From Cycas panzhihuaensis (Eukaryota; Plantae; Cycadophyta), in the NCBI GenBank assembly GCA_023213395.1, contig CM041465.1:224509741-224573740 (forward strand): 64,000 bases of DNA, given 5' to 3'. How positions within the stretch are numbered: position 1 is the stretch's first letter; each line of letters starts with the position of its first letter. The notes below the pieces were generated by a model. The model was given only the letters and a program-made list of their open reading frames with translations. It was not told the origin of the DNA and searched no databases. Of this stretch, positions 25,459 to 38,938 are shown piece after piece. The position numbers and the translations under genes were made by a program.

Positions 25459-26829
25459 CAACCTTGCTTGAGGGATATGATGGTGCTTCTAGATTGGTAG
25501 AAATGGAATTTATATGCTCTTCCATCTAAACATTTGTGGATGATGTTATACTAGAGCCTCAAGTGATAAATTTTAGGTATATGTAGAATGGCTTGTTTGT
25601 AATATCTATCGTGATTATATAGATTATTCAATTATAGTGGTGACAAGCCTTGTTTTGGGAATGTCTACTAGGGTATAAATTGTATGAATGTGAATGCAAA
25701 AACATTTATGGTTGACATTGTCATGAATTAAAAAAGTAAGGCAAGTTGGCCCTATGCTTTGAAGGTTAGTCCCAATCTATCATAGTTGGTTCAGTGACAT
25801 TTTTGGTAGCTAGGGTATATAAATACCCACCTATAGTGCTCATTTTGATCATTACAATTTGGAATCTCTTGGTGTAGTCTCCTTTGGAATGCCTGTAGCG
25901 TTCTGGCCTCCTCGGTGGACAAAGGCACCTTGTAAATTTAGAAGAGATTAATTATTTTGCAATTATGATATTATATAAATGAAATCAATTTGAGACCCAT
26001 GGATCATTGTGTGCATAGAAATTGACATTAGGATGCTTGAGAATGGTCAGGGGCAATTCTAGAAATGATTTTGGCAGATGAATTAGCACAAATCTAGTGA
26101 AAGAACGATGCAAAACGGTTCTAGAATGGATGGGATGATCACAAGATGAAAAACTAACCATTGGGGAATAGTTTTGGAATGACAAACAATTTATAGGGGG
26201 TAGTTCTGCACCAAAGTTTTTGGAAGAGAATCGTATGGCCATGCAAAAAGACACCTTGTTATCATTAATTAGGGTTTTATGCTATGAAAGGGTGAAAGTT
26301 GTGTTGTAAAGTCAAAACTTTTGAGTGATTGGCTATGTAAAAGTTATAAATAGGTCATTTCTCCTTTTGGTTGAATGATGAGAGCCGAGTGATTGAGTCA
26401 TATGTCATACTCTTAAGGGTGGGAGCTAGACAAAGCATTTGATGAATGATCTAACAAGTGTATTTGGTGTCGATTAATAAAATAATGAGTTATGAGAAAG
26501 ACTTTGTGTAGCCTTTGTGAATGATGATTGGTTGCTTATGTTATGTTTGAGAATGTTGCATAGTTGTTGCATATGTTGTAAGATGATCTAACATGCAACT
26601 GACATCAAGGAGAAAGAGGACATGAGATGGCTATATTATTGGGTAGTTTTGGGGCATTGGTGTGCCAAGAGGTTGTCAACATTGGTTCTGTTGCTAAATT
26701 CCTTGAGTAGAAAAGGACCTGAGTCTTGGTGGAGGGTGAGAGTGCATACTAAAAGATCAAAAGACTCTGGCAATCATTGTGATGGTGGTTTTTAACTAGA
26801 CCGCAACAATTAGGGGACCTTCTAATGCC

Positions 26830-29416
26830 ACCTAAGAAGCCTTCAAGTGGTGGAATACTAGAGTCAAACCATTATAGGAGAATACATTGGGCAAGAGAAA
26901 GTGAATTACGAGAGGTGCCAAAAGGAGCATGCTGCCAAGAGGAGAGACTAGGGAGGAGTCCACCTTAGTATTAGAAAGAAGTGGGTTATTAATACCACAG
27001 ACAACCTTAAGTGAAGGAGCCACTACGATAACTGAAACAACACCAGCCATATCTGATCCATAGGGTATCTTGACGAGCAGTGGAGAAAATTTTGAATTGG
27101 TAAAAGGCTCGAAGAGCATAGGCAGTAACAAGGATAAGGCAGAAGGTGGTCCCAAGGAAGCTTGGAAAATTACTTCACAAGGAAGTTATTTAATACACTG
27201 CCAAAACTAGGAGATAGGTCATTTTTGATAAAATCGCCATTAGTGATACAAATACCACTAGTAGAAGGAATGATACAAGTGAAAGCCCCAAAGAATGATC
27301 CATTGTTTAAGGAAGAATTAGAGACAACACCAAATGCAGGGTTGTCGCTAGGAGTTAATATAGTAAGTGGAGGAACGTCGAGAATGAAGACACCTCCCAA
27401 GATGGCTTCTTTGGGTTACCACAATGAGAGTGTCTTCAACTAGCTTATATTTGATGGTACTATAGATGTTATAGAACAACTATACTTATTTAAGAACATC
27501 ATTGACGTAAGGGGAATCATAGACGAAAAAAATATTAAGGGCAGATTTGTCTCTACACTAAGCGGAGTACCATTAGTATGGTACAAGTAGTTAGATGCAA
27601 AGATAAAAACGTGGGATCAAATTGCAAGTGAATTCCAAGAAAGGTTTTAGAAGTTGCATAGTAATGAAGTCATTGTGCAAGCATTGGACAACTTAAAACA
27701 ATGACTTGGAGAGTCAATGTTAGATTACTCAAGCCGCATGTCCATTATTGCAACAAATATTGCAAATGGGGAGAAATTTCCAAACTTTTGTTGAAGAACT
27801 TCTTTGTAAATGAATTACAACCTAAGTTAAGAGCATAAACATTTGCAGAAGCCAAGGAGTTGGCCATAAGATTTGGGAAAGAAATGGATTAAGAGGAATT
27901 AAGGATACAAGACAATATGTTCAAAATGTTGTATGAATAAATTAAGGAATAAGGAATTATGTGTGGAAAAAGTCTGCAAGGTAGCGATGAAGGAGGAATC
28001 ATCATAAATGGAAAAATCAAGCGAAGAAATCTTAAAATTGAAACTACAAATTAAGAAGAAAGACCCAATGGAAGATAAGCCCAACAGTAGTAGACGTATT
28101 GGCGCAAGTATCAAACCTAAGAGGTGGCATATTTGTGAAATGGATAACATACTGGCAAGGAATGCTATTATAATCTAAAGAATATAAATGGTATCACATA
28201 TGTGACACATATGGATATACAACAATATATTGTTATCATAACTCCAAAGGGGAAAATGCTCGAGGAAGAGGTTGCAGGAGAGGAAATGACTCTTGACCCA
28301 TGTATAATACAAAAACAACTACATAAAGGGCTAAAATGAAAGCCCCAACGACAGGTCTTTATTTCGTTTAAAATTTGGACATTGGAGATCTGATTGCTCC
28401 TATGAGAAGGCTGGAGACAATAGTGCGCATATATATATCAAATGCGGACCGTGCAATCATGCATCAAGCCATTGCCCTTTTAATACAATATCTGCTAATC
28501 TAATTGTTGTAGTATTAGACACACTAAAATCCTTGAATTTGCAAACAAGAAGTGGCTTGCAATAAAATAGGAGGAGCAAGAAATGGAGCACCCAAATCTA
28601 AAAGTAGAGATTGATCGCTTTGTAGTAGCAAAGCAGGCCTTGGAGGAAGTTGCTAAGGAGGCAGAAGCAAATAAACCTACATTACCAAAAATAAATAATG
28701 TATGTAAGAGAAGGGGAGTATATAAGGAAAAATAAATTACACTAGCCACACAATGCCTCGTAGTAGAATCCGATCAACTGTTTCAAAATATACCAATAGA
28801 AGTCATACCCAAAATGTTGATATTGATGGGAAATTTAGCGAAGCAATTGTACCCAACTATTCTACTGATACAGGAAATAGCTTGGATAAAATTAGAATTG
28901 TTACAAGTGAGGAATTCAAAAGGAAATATCCAATATATAAACAAGATTTTATTGTCATTCGATGGTGATCCTAAAGTGATAATGGTAGTATTGGGTGAGA
29001 CTTTAGAAAATGTGGTCATAGATGGTGGTGCAACAGTGAATTTGTTGCTCGTATGAACATGGAAATGCTTAGGGAGCCCAAGTATGCAACCCATGACATA
29101 TTCACTCAAGTTGTCAAATGAACTCTAAATTCGACCATTGGGGAAGATGTTGAACATCAAAGTGAACATAGCAAGTGTGGTAGTGCCAATGGAATTCATT
29201 GTATTAAAAATGACAGAAGGAATGATTTGATACCCAATCTTGCTTGGGAGACCATGGATGTACGAAGCAAAATGCTTGTAGAATTGAAAGTCTCACACAT
29301 CGACACAATTCTAGAATGAGAAAAGACTCACTCTTCTAATGCTATGAAAAGAGAAGAACATGATTGAAGCTATTTCGAACGGCACCTCAAGCACTACAAT
29401 CACTAGTCAGAGCACG
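26830..29416 (+). pseudogene. Gypsy gag and aspartic protease, decayed
   Basis: FDGTIDVIEQLYLFKNIIDVRG...STLSGVPLVWYK...TWDQIASEFQERF gag; VVIDGGATVNLL and YPILLGRPW protease motifs. Confidence 0.85.
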
Positions 29417-29420
29417 ACTT

Positions 29421-32400
29421 TGATGAGTATCACTCATCCATATGTTTTGACATGGTGTAATATTGTGTGTATATTATTGTACTTATATGTAAAGTACATT
29501 TAAGGTAGTAGTCAAATAACTCAATTGTTAGTTAGTTAGAAAGTTAAGAGATAGTAAAGTTAGGCTAATAAATTAGCTGGATAGTTAAAGTGGTTATTGG
29601 GCTGTCAACATAAATGAGAGGACTTTTATTGTAAAAATCATAGGAGTGTGTTTTCGTGATGTAAGCTAGATTACAAGATAACAGAAGAGAATTCATTTAA
29701 TTACCTCTTCAGCAACCCCAAATTAATGGGTAATGTTCTCTGAGTCTACGTGCACCCGATTGCACATCAAATGGTATTAGAGCGAATTTCCTAAGAGGGC
29801 TACTAAATTCAAAGTTTCAGAGGTTTGCAGAAGGTGTATGGACAACTGTACGATCAATCGTACAGAATTGTACGAACCAGGGGAGGAGCTTGGACCGAGA
29901 TGAAAATTTACTAGTTTGTGCACCTTTGTATGTACGTTAATCTATCCTAAAGGACCGTTGTCAGATTCTAACTTTATATGTGGGAAATCGCAGAAGAGCA
30001 TAGGTGCTGGTTTGAGGCTTCAACTATAGATTTCTCTTTGGATTGTTAGTCATTTTCTTTGAAATTGGTCTTAATCTCTTCCTTCTGACCAAAGCTTTCT
30101 TTTAAGTATAAATTTGTAGCATTTAATTTCATTTTTCTAAAGTTATGAGCAAAAATTGAATTGAAACCCTAGTTGCCATTCATTGTTTCGGGCCAATTTT
30201 CTCGCCAACCAGAGCTTCGATTAAAAAGCTATCTGTACATCTAGATAGGCGCTGAAAAAAATTTAAATTAGAGACCAACCTCATTTTTCACTATTTCTGC
30301 ATTGCTTTTTCGTACATATCCATACAATCTAGGATAGAAATTCATTTTTCAGTAATATTCTTTACTATTAATAACTTCTCTCCTTGATTAAGGGTTAATC
30401 TAGTTGCTGAGTTCATTAAAAAATGAAAAAAGCATTTTCAAAGCATTTTGATATTGTATTACAGACATATAGCCATAAGGCCACATGGTAGGCATACGTC
30501 GCAAATCTTTTGTTTTTCATATTTATTGAAGTCAATTGTTTGTCAAGCCCAACATGCCTTGCAGAGTTAAACAAACTTCTTCTAAGGAAGGAATGGTTGA
30601 AGATACTGAGAGACAAACAGAGGAACCTTCTCTGGTTTTCGCATAAATGGTGAATACATCACAGTGATGGGCAGATACTCAAGCCTAGATGATGTAGAAC
30701 ATGACGACCATGTTTCAACAATTGATGGTACATCGGACTTAGCAGACCCAACAACTCCTGCAAGTGCAACAAATACAAGTTCCTACAATGGTTCCCATCC
30801 AACAAACACAATTGAAGATGGATACCCATATAACTATTCCAAAGTTTCACGGCATAATTAACGTTGAAACCTTGGATAGTTGGATTCAAAATTTGGAGGT
30901 ATATTTCAAATGTCAAAGTCTCATAGATGAAGAAAAAATTGTCGTGGTAGAAATACACATGGCAGAACAAGCCTTAGTATGGTGGCAAACATATGTCAAC
31001 ACCCATGGTGAAATTAATTCATGGGGTAATTTTAAAACAATATTTTAGAAACAATTTTATTCTATGGGATACAAAGAAGAAAGAGAGAAGAAGTGGTTAC
31101 AGTTGTGACAACAAACTGGACATTTTGTCTAGCATTACATTGATATTTTTAATAAAATGGTTACAATGGTAGAGTCCCAGGATTCTGAGCATATTCTGAA
31201 GCTCAAATTCTTCTTGAGTGGCCTATTTCCATCCTTGCAGCAGGAGCTAGATCTCATAAAGATCTTCTCCCTAGATGAGGCTTTCTAGTATGCATTGAAA
31301 GTGGAAAGCAAGCTCCACAAAAGACTCTCTACCTGGCTGCAATAGCAACAGTTACATCGTACATTGAAACAACTTTTCAATCAAAGAAAGGAAAATGATG
31401 TAGCAGAACCTTTAGTAGTAGAGAAGGGAAAGTATTGCACACTGCACAAGTCTTGCATCCATTCCAATGAAGAATGTTGGAAGCAAAAGGAGTAGTACAA
31501 AGCAAAGGTGAAGACTCTGGTAGCTAAAGAAGAAAGCAACACACTGTGCAGAGAGACTAGTACGTCAAGTGGCTCCACAGAGTCACCAACGATACTTGTC
31601 ACCAATCAAATGGTGGTGGATCTTAATCTAGTTATGATGACAAAAGACTTTAATGCTTCAACCAAAGAAGCATTATTCACCCAACACTGTCAAATTAAAG
31701 ATCGTATTGTACTGTGCATTATTGATAATGGCAATATGAAAAATCTGGTATCAGAAAAACTTGTTAGGGATCTTAATCTCCCTACAAAGCCTCATCTGAA
31801 TCGCTATACACTGGGATGGGTTAAAAAAGGAAGAACACTAAAAACCAAGATTGATAGAGTCTATAATGTGACTTCTGCAATGAAGCCCTATGTAGGTACA
31901 ATCACTTATGATGTAACTCCTATTGATTGCTATGAATTACTTCTAGGGAGACCCTATCAATATGATAGAGAGGCAGTATGCTACGAATTGACTCTTATAT
32001 ATCATTTGTGGAAAGACAACATTAATTTTGTGCTGCACTCTTCATCATCTCCAGTTACTTCAAGGATGGATACACAAACTACCAGACTCACCAATTTTGC
32101 TCGAGAAGGCACCAATCTATTTGTGAGACCAAAGTTTGAACCACACACTCCACATATGCAGATGCTTTGTCAAACAACTTTGCTACTAGAACCAAGAGAT
32201 TCTATATCATTAGAGAGGTTTAACCAGAAGCAAGTAGATCACTCTCATACCTTGCTAATGAGTGCACCTATTCTAGAGATTCCAACAGGTTCGCACCCTA
32301 CACAGGCAACACGACATTGCATCATACGAAATATATGCCATATTAAGGAAGGGTACAATTTGATAAACTCTACTCTCTATGAAGATTCTTTATTGTCCAT

Positions 32401-33024
32401 TGGAAACACTCCTTCAGAGGCATTTCACTTGATGACTACTGGCGAGAAGCTTACAATGCAGTTGAAGATTATCAAGCTAGATTCCTCGCCCCCATCAGTG
32501 ACACTTCTTGGTACTAAACTATCTCATCCGATAACAACTTACATCATGGTAAACAAGGAGGAAACATGGTCCGCCCCAACCATTACCGATTACTTTTTTC
32601 CTATTAGTAAAGGACGAAGAAATTGGGGACAATTTCCTCTTAAGAAGGAAGGAATGATGAGTATCACTCATCCATGTGATTTGACACTATGTAATATTGT
32701 GTTTATATTCTTGTACTTATATGTAAAGTATGTCTAAGTTAGAAAGTTAGTTAAATAATTCAATTGTTAGTTAGCTAGAAAGTAAAGAGATAGTTATTAA
32801 AGTTAAGTCAATCAGTTTGTTGGATAGTTAGAAGGTAGTTTTTGAAGTGGTTATTGGGCCCTCAACATAAATGAAAGGCACTTTCATTGTAAAAATCATC
32901 AATGTGTTTTCATGATGTAATTCAGATTATGAGATAATAGAAGAGAATTCATTCAATCACCTTTTCGACAATCCCAAATTAATGGGTAATGATTTTTCAA
33001 TCTATGTGCATCCACTTCACATCA
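29421..33024 (+). mobile_element. Non-autonomous gag+protease-only LTR element (TR-GAG-like, CRM-like protease)
   Basis: LTRs 29421-29769 and 32655-33024 (tgatg...catca); flanking ACTT on both sides; PBS tggtattagagc 29772-29783; PPT aagaaggaaggaa; no RT, RH or INT motifs. Confidence 0.9.
30647..32737 (+). pseudogene. gag (decayed) plus protease-containing 409-aa ORF running into the 3' LTR
   Basis: IPKFHGIINVETLDSWIQNLEVYF...ALVWWQ gag; CTLHKSCIHSNEEC knuckle; LCIIDNGNMKNLVS...PHLNRYTLGWV...LLLGRPYQYDR protease. Confidence 0.85.
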
Positions 33025-33209
33025 ACTTTGTCCCTTAATGAAGAATCTATTTATATGACAATGGAAGAGACAACAGTAATGAACAAACCATATGAGAATG
33101 AACCAAAAGACTTTGGTGAACTGCATCTAGAGTTGGACTTTGATGGAGGAGAAACCAACAACTTATTGAAAAATTGGTTATAAGGGGAATATGAGATATC
33201 GTGCCCCTC

Positions 33210-34360
33210 TTTCTAATGTTCCTTGTTTTCTAAAACCTATGATCCTAAAAATATAATTAATAATGTAAATATTGATGATTATTTGAGTGTCGTTAGTAGT
33301 AAAGATAATAGTAGATTAAGCCTAGGTAATGTAATTGGTAGTGTGGGCAATGATTCTTTAACTAGGAAATTATAAATTATAATAGGACAAAAGGAAAAGG
33401 GAAATAAAGTAGATAATTCTAGATTACATTCTATAATGTATGGGCAAAACTTTGAAGATTTGACTGTCCAAGATAATCCATTAACTAACCCTGTCTCCAG
33501 ATTGACCCTAATGCCAACCTCAATCTAAGTTCCTAAAATAATTCACCATGCAAGGATGAAATTGATGATGGTTTTATCCCAAAACCCAACCCCCCACTCT
33601 CCCCCTAATTAGGTGTAGGGGATGGCCTCGTCTAGTTCTACCCTCCCCAACTTTCCCTTAGGGCCTCCAATCCTAGTCCCCCCCTACCCTCTCCTAAGGC
33701 TAGTAACCCTAGTTCCTTCTCTCCCCTTCTAAGGAAACCACCACTAGTACCTCTTTATCCTTCCCTAGGGCTAGTTTGGAGGAAGACTCTATCCCTAGGA
33801 CCTCACCCTCCAAAAGTACATTCAACACTCTTGAAAGTAATGCAAACTTAGGATTCATTACCATTAGGGATATCATGTCTCAGTTCTTTAGAAAAAAAGA
33901 GAACACAACAAACCACCTTATCCAATCTATGGTGTATTGGATGGAATACCAGATTTGGAATCGGGCGTGTTGGGAAATTGGCTTCATAATGACCCTCTAG
34001 AGACTAACCTACTGGGGGTATGTAGCCCATCAAGGTACATTTCAAAACTAATTGGACTTGCAACATTCTTTTCAATTATATTTAGATTCCCAAAACCTAG
34101 AGAACATACTTAAATTTGTAGTGGGTGACTACCTATTGAACCACCTTAAGAAATGCAAAACCCTTTGAAAAGCTCAAAGTATACCGAGGAGAAATTGGGG
34201 CTAGTTGTTTTACCATATGTTAGGAAAAGTTGGGCAAAATTGGTTACTAGGAAAAGAGTGCATTAAAGAAGCTTCATGGAATGGGTTAAGAAATACATTC
34301 CCAAAAACATTTTCATACAAATCCATAGATGCAGTCATTAGTGAAATTCTAGGGCATATT
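33210..34360 (+). mobile_element. Probable foreign retroelement fragment with gag-like remnant
   Basis: Abrupt shift to C-rich sequence (33580-33810), then NHLIQSMVYW...GFIMTL / YWGYVAHQGTFQN*LDLQHSFQ, resembling the gag core spacing HL..F, F..TL, WY, W..L...F. No LTR or TSD found. Confidence 0.4.
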
Positions 34361-34559
34361 AAGGAGCTTAGTATGGAAGTAGAAAATTATAGGTATACAA
34401 TAGATCGTTAGTAACAACAATGAATTAGAAAGAGGATGTCGAGGAGGATAAGGAAGAAACCCATAACTTCCATCGAGAGTATTCAGAGTTAAATTATGAG
34501 AACCGGAGAATTGAAAACACATCAAATTGGAGAATTGAAAATACATTGAGCCATAAGTT

Positions 34560-35360
34560 AAATCAAGAAAATCAAGTCCAATTTGAGAAGCTAAAAATGA
34601 AAAAGTTAAACATTAAGGATAAAGGTAGTCCACAAAATATAAGATTGGTGATTATTGGGATGAACATACGATAGCCTATGCCTAGGCATTATTTGAAGAA
34701 TTTAAAGATGTCTTTGCATGGTCATATAAAAATCTTAAGGGTATCCCACCAGAGATAGGGATGCCCCATAGTGATTTAATTGAAAGAGCGAAACTAGTCA
34801 AACAACAACCTTATTGGATGAATCCAAAGTATAAAGAGAAAGTGAAAGTAGAAATTTATAAAATGTTAGAAGTGGGATATGTTTACGAGATAGAATATAG
34901 CAATTGGGTTAGTTTGGTTATAGTTGTACCCAAAAAGAATGGAAAAATTAACGGATGCATTGATCATTGATAATTGAATAAAGCGACAAAAAAGGATCCC
35001 TTCTCCATTGCCTTCATGGAGGATGTTTTGGAGATGGTGGGAGGCAACGGAATCTATTCTTTCATAGACGGGTTTGGTGGATATAACTAAGTGAGAATTG
35101 CACCTGAAGACCAAGAAAAAACATTTATTACAAAATGGAGGACATATGCTTATAGGGTCATGCCTTTTGGCTTAATGAATGTCCCAACTACCTTCTAATG
35201 AATAGTCCTTAATATTCTCCATAAGATGATCGAGGAGGAGGTGGTTGTATTCTTGGATGGCTAAATCCTGTGTGGGATGATAAAAAATCATATCAGAAAT
35301 GCCAAGGAAATGCTATAGACATGTAAATTGTGCCTAAATTTAGAGAAGTGTACTTTGTGC
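34560..35360 (+). pseudogene. Gypsy reverse transcriptase fragment (Athila/Tat type)
   Basis: EEFKDVFAWSYKNLKGIP...WVSLVIVVPKKNGKI...YSFIDGFGGYN...YRVMPFGLMNVPTTF...VFLDG. Confidence 0.9.
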
Positions 35361-35624
35361 AAATTTTTAGCTTTTCTTGCTTGCAAAATTCTGCTTGTAA
35401 AATAAATCTCGAAAATCTTGTGAGTTTGTTTGTTTTGCTCTTCAATGATTTTATTTTGACCTTTCATTTGCAACATCAAACGACAATGTACAAAGTGTGA
35501 AACGATCGTTTTCATTGCTATGCACTTCGTGTTTCATGAGTTCACTTGTGTTTTTGCACCTCCGCACTTCGCAATCTCACAAGTCACTTCTTTGCAACTG
35601 CGCACTTCGCATATTCACTCACCA

Positions 35625-35841
35625 CTTGTAACTATCCATGTCACAACTTATTATGCGGAGTGTGGGGGGCACAATGTCCTCCCTATTGGGACTTAGAATA
35701 TTTTTCCTTCAATCTTAATTCGACACTTCACATCTTGTAACTATCCATGTCACAACTTATTATGCGGAGTGCGGGGGGCCATAATGTCCTCCCTATTGGG
35801 ACTTAGAATATTTTTCCTTCAACCTTAATTCGACACTTCAC
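35625..35841. repeat. Two-copy ~109-bp tandem duplication
   Basis: cttgtaactatccatgtcacaacttattatgcggagtg...ttaattcgacacttcac starts at 35625 and 35734 with few mismatches. Confidence 0.95.
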
Positions 35842-38800
35842 TTCTGGTGAAGTCAATCGCTACTCCATCTTTTCAACTCGCAACTCAACTTGTGAAATGC
35901 AAGGGGTGTCTCCTTTGTCCTTTGCAGACTTAGCTAATTCTTTAGTTTCCACTTTGCACTTCGCACTTAGGGCTTCACTTGTCACCTCTATTTGTCATAA
36001 TCACAATTGGATGTGCAAGGTGTGGAGATTTAGGCCTCTCCACCACTTTGCATTTTGCATCTCCACTCATCACTGTTCAAATTTTGATAATAACTTATGT
36101 GGAAGTGAATTTAGGTAAATTAACCAAGTAGGTAGAATTGTGTGAAGCATTCATATCAACAAGTAACTTGTATGAACAATAAGTGAAATATGAATCATGG
36201 GGTGTTTAAGATAAGCATTAAGCACATTAAATGATATATGTGCACATCAAGATAACATTCACACATTAGAAATATATCATCATGAAACACCAAATTTATA
36301 CATGGAAAACCCTTGATAGGAAAAACTGTTCGAGAAGGGTGGAGCTTAACTCTTTCTCATTATCTCAAATATGCTTTTGATGTGTGTACTTACTTATAGA
36401 TCTATCACCTCATGTATATCCAATAGGATGCAATCACATCATCAACCAATAATTTTGTACTGATACATCGACTGTCAAATCATGTGTGAGAACCTTTACA
36501 GTGACCAATCGTAACTCATCCACTAATTAAGCATTACATCGACTTTGATGGAATGCAATATTTTAACACTCCCCCTTAATGTTTAATTTGTGAAACTTTC
36601 TAATAACCATGTTGAATCACCTTCTCATCATATCACCTATGACAACCAATCATCAAACTTGTCTTCAACATGCTTACTCTTTTGTAAGTAAATGGCATCT
36701 AATGTTATCTCATATCATCAACATACCACCTATAAATCATTATCAAATATGGGTCAAAATCGCCATGGTGTATGAACTCTTTTCTCAATAACTTCATATC
36801 TTCCACTTGTAAGCTACAAAACAAACTCATTGATTGATTAAACAACCATATCATTGATGTCCATATAAAACAAAAACCATTTACCGAAATAGATGGGTAA
36901 TCAACTGTTGCAATTGTTAGTTAATTAGGAAGTGTTTATGATATGTAGTTCATCATCTTCATTAACAAAAAATAACATACTTTGGGAAGAAGCCAAATTA
37001 CTTGGCTAGTCAAATATGTAGTAACATGAGTAGCTCGTGGATCTTCTCTCGCCTCTTGTCCTATGAGATATGTGAAACTCATGTGCAACCTCCATCCACA
37101 ATTCTGCATATGCTTACTCTTGCAACTTTCTTTGATGACCATTCTCTCAATCAGCTCTTAAACCAACTCACTCCAAGAATAGGGCGTACCACTTGGCTTG
37201 TCAAGTTTGTTGCAATAATGTAACATGTCTAATGTGTTACACACCTTGTCATATGTAGTTATTAGATTTCTAACTAAAAACACCTATCAGATAGACTCTT
37301 CAATAACTAAACCTAGTTTTATGGATAATCGACAACTGTTATTGCCAATCAATCTCTCAAACAATCATATATGGGACCTCTTCTCGCCCTATATCAAATG
37401 GACAACTCAATCATTCAATCTCAAACAACTTCTTAATTAAACATATCAAGTGGTGTGTCCATTCAATGAACTAGGTGACCAATCACTTAACTAAATCAAG
37501 TGATCATTGTGTTCTTTATTCAATCAAATTATGTACCAAACTTATTCATTCATTTGGTGGATGTAAAGATGCATCATTTGTCTCTCATCCATCATCAAAC
37601 ATGTTCTCATGTGTTTCACAATCTTAAATTTTAATTTTGAGCCATAATGTGTAATAAATGAGTCTTAACTCTTTATTTTTTTGCATTTTGTTCACCCAAA
37701 CATATGTCTAAAATTATCACCATGCATTCAATTGCATCAACATGTACCTAGAAGCCTTTAAAATCACCAAAATATGCCTCAATTTGCTAAAAAATCTCAC
37801 TTGTAAATATGCCAAAATTCACTTGTCCAACTTTACTGATTAAAATCTCCATCATGCAATCTCCAAAATGTGCTTTGCAACCACTCATTTCATCTATCTC
37901 TGAGTCATCTTTTTCAATAGACCTCACAAATTCAAAAACTGACCTGATATGAAAATGCTATGCATGACAATATATGAGTATGTCATGTGAAAAATGAAAT
38001 TTGAATGTAAATTGAGATGAGCACCTAATTTACTGGGCTTCTAGTTGCGTGGCTAAGAGCATGTGACTTTCTTGATTGCATTTAGGGTGCTTGGGTAGAC
38101 TTCAAAATGCAATCTAATTCAATTAAATTTAAACTAAACATTATTAAAAAAAAACAATTACATACCAAATATAAATCATGCATCATTTTTTAGGGTTTCA
38201 ACTATAATTTTCAACTTTTTAGGTGATGCCATATCGAATTTCTCTACAACTTGATTGGTGAACTCAAGGGTGAGCATGTATTATATTTATAGCTACTCTG
38301 CTCTATGTGGGCGACTTATTCTTCTTTCATGGGTAATGGTGTTCAACTATCAACCCTTTCTCAAGCAAATGAAAAGTTTTCAAGTGTGTTCTACATCTTC
38401 AATTTTTCCATCTGCATTTCTTCTGTGCATTAATGATCACCTATGATCTATAAGCATATCATCTAGTTATTTGCAATCTCCACGTGTGGTGCATTTCAAG
38501 TGTGGATTAAGGGTGTTTTCCAGATTGATTAGTGATACATTATTCATGAAATGACATCACTAAATCTACAACTTAACAAGGTTCTTTCGCTTAGTCTTTG
38601 TATCACTCAAATGATTCTATGAATTGCAATGTAAAGCGCTTTGTGATAAATCATGATGCGATAAATTCGATCTCCATGAGGGTGCATAATAATGGCCTTC
38701 ATTTACTAGCAATAGATGGCATATCGATCAAATGGCTTTGTGTAAAACGGTAATTGGGTGATATTTGAATTGCTGAACTTCAACATACAAACTCAACTTC

Positions 38801-38938
38801 ATTAACACTCTTTGCTATCACAAGCATTGTAAATAACAAATGGATCATTTAGCAGTATGGCGAGCTCTCTCAAATCTTCATCTATACATTAATTGAATTA
38901 TATAATGCTCTTTATAAGGCTATAACAACCCCTCGTGG

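Larger units (their letters stand above)
25638..35360 (+). mobile_element. 3'-truncated non-chromoviral Ty3/gypsy (Athila/Tat-like) with nested insertions
   Basis: Putative ~1-kb LTR from about 25638 to 26681, ending ttgtcaaca (start inferred from tggtgacaag); PBS-like tggttctgttgc at 26683; gag related to the one at 12500-12900; protease; RT. No RH/INT or 3' LTR recognised. Confidence 0.8.
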
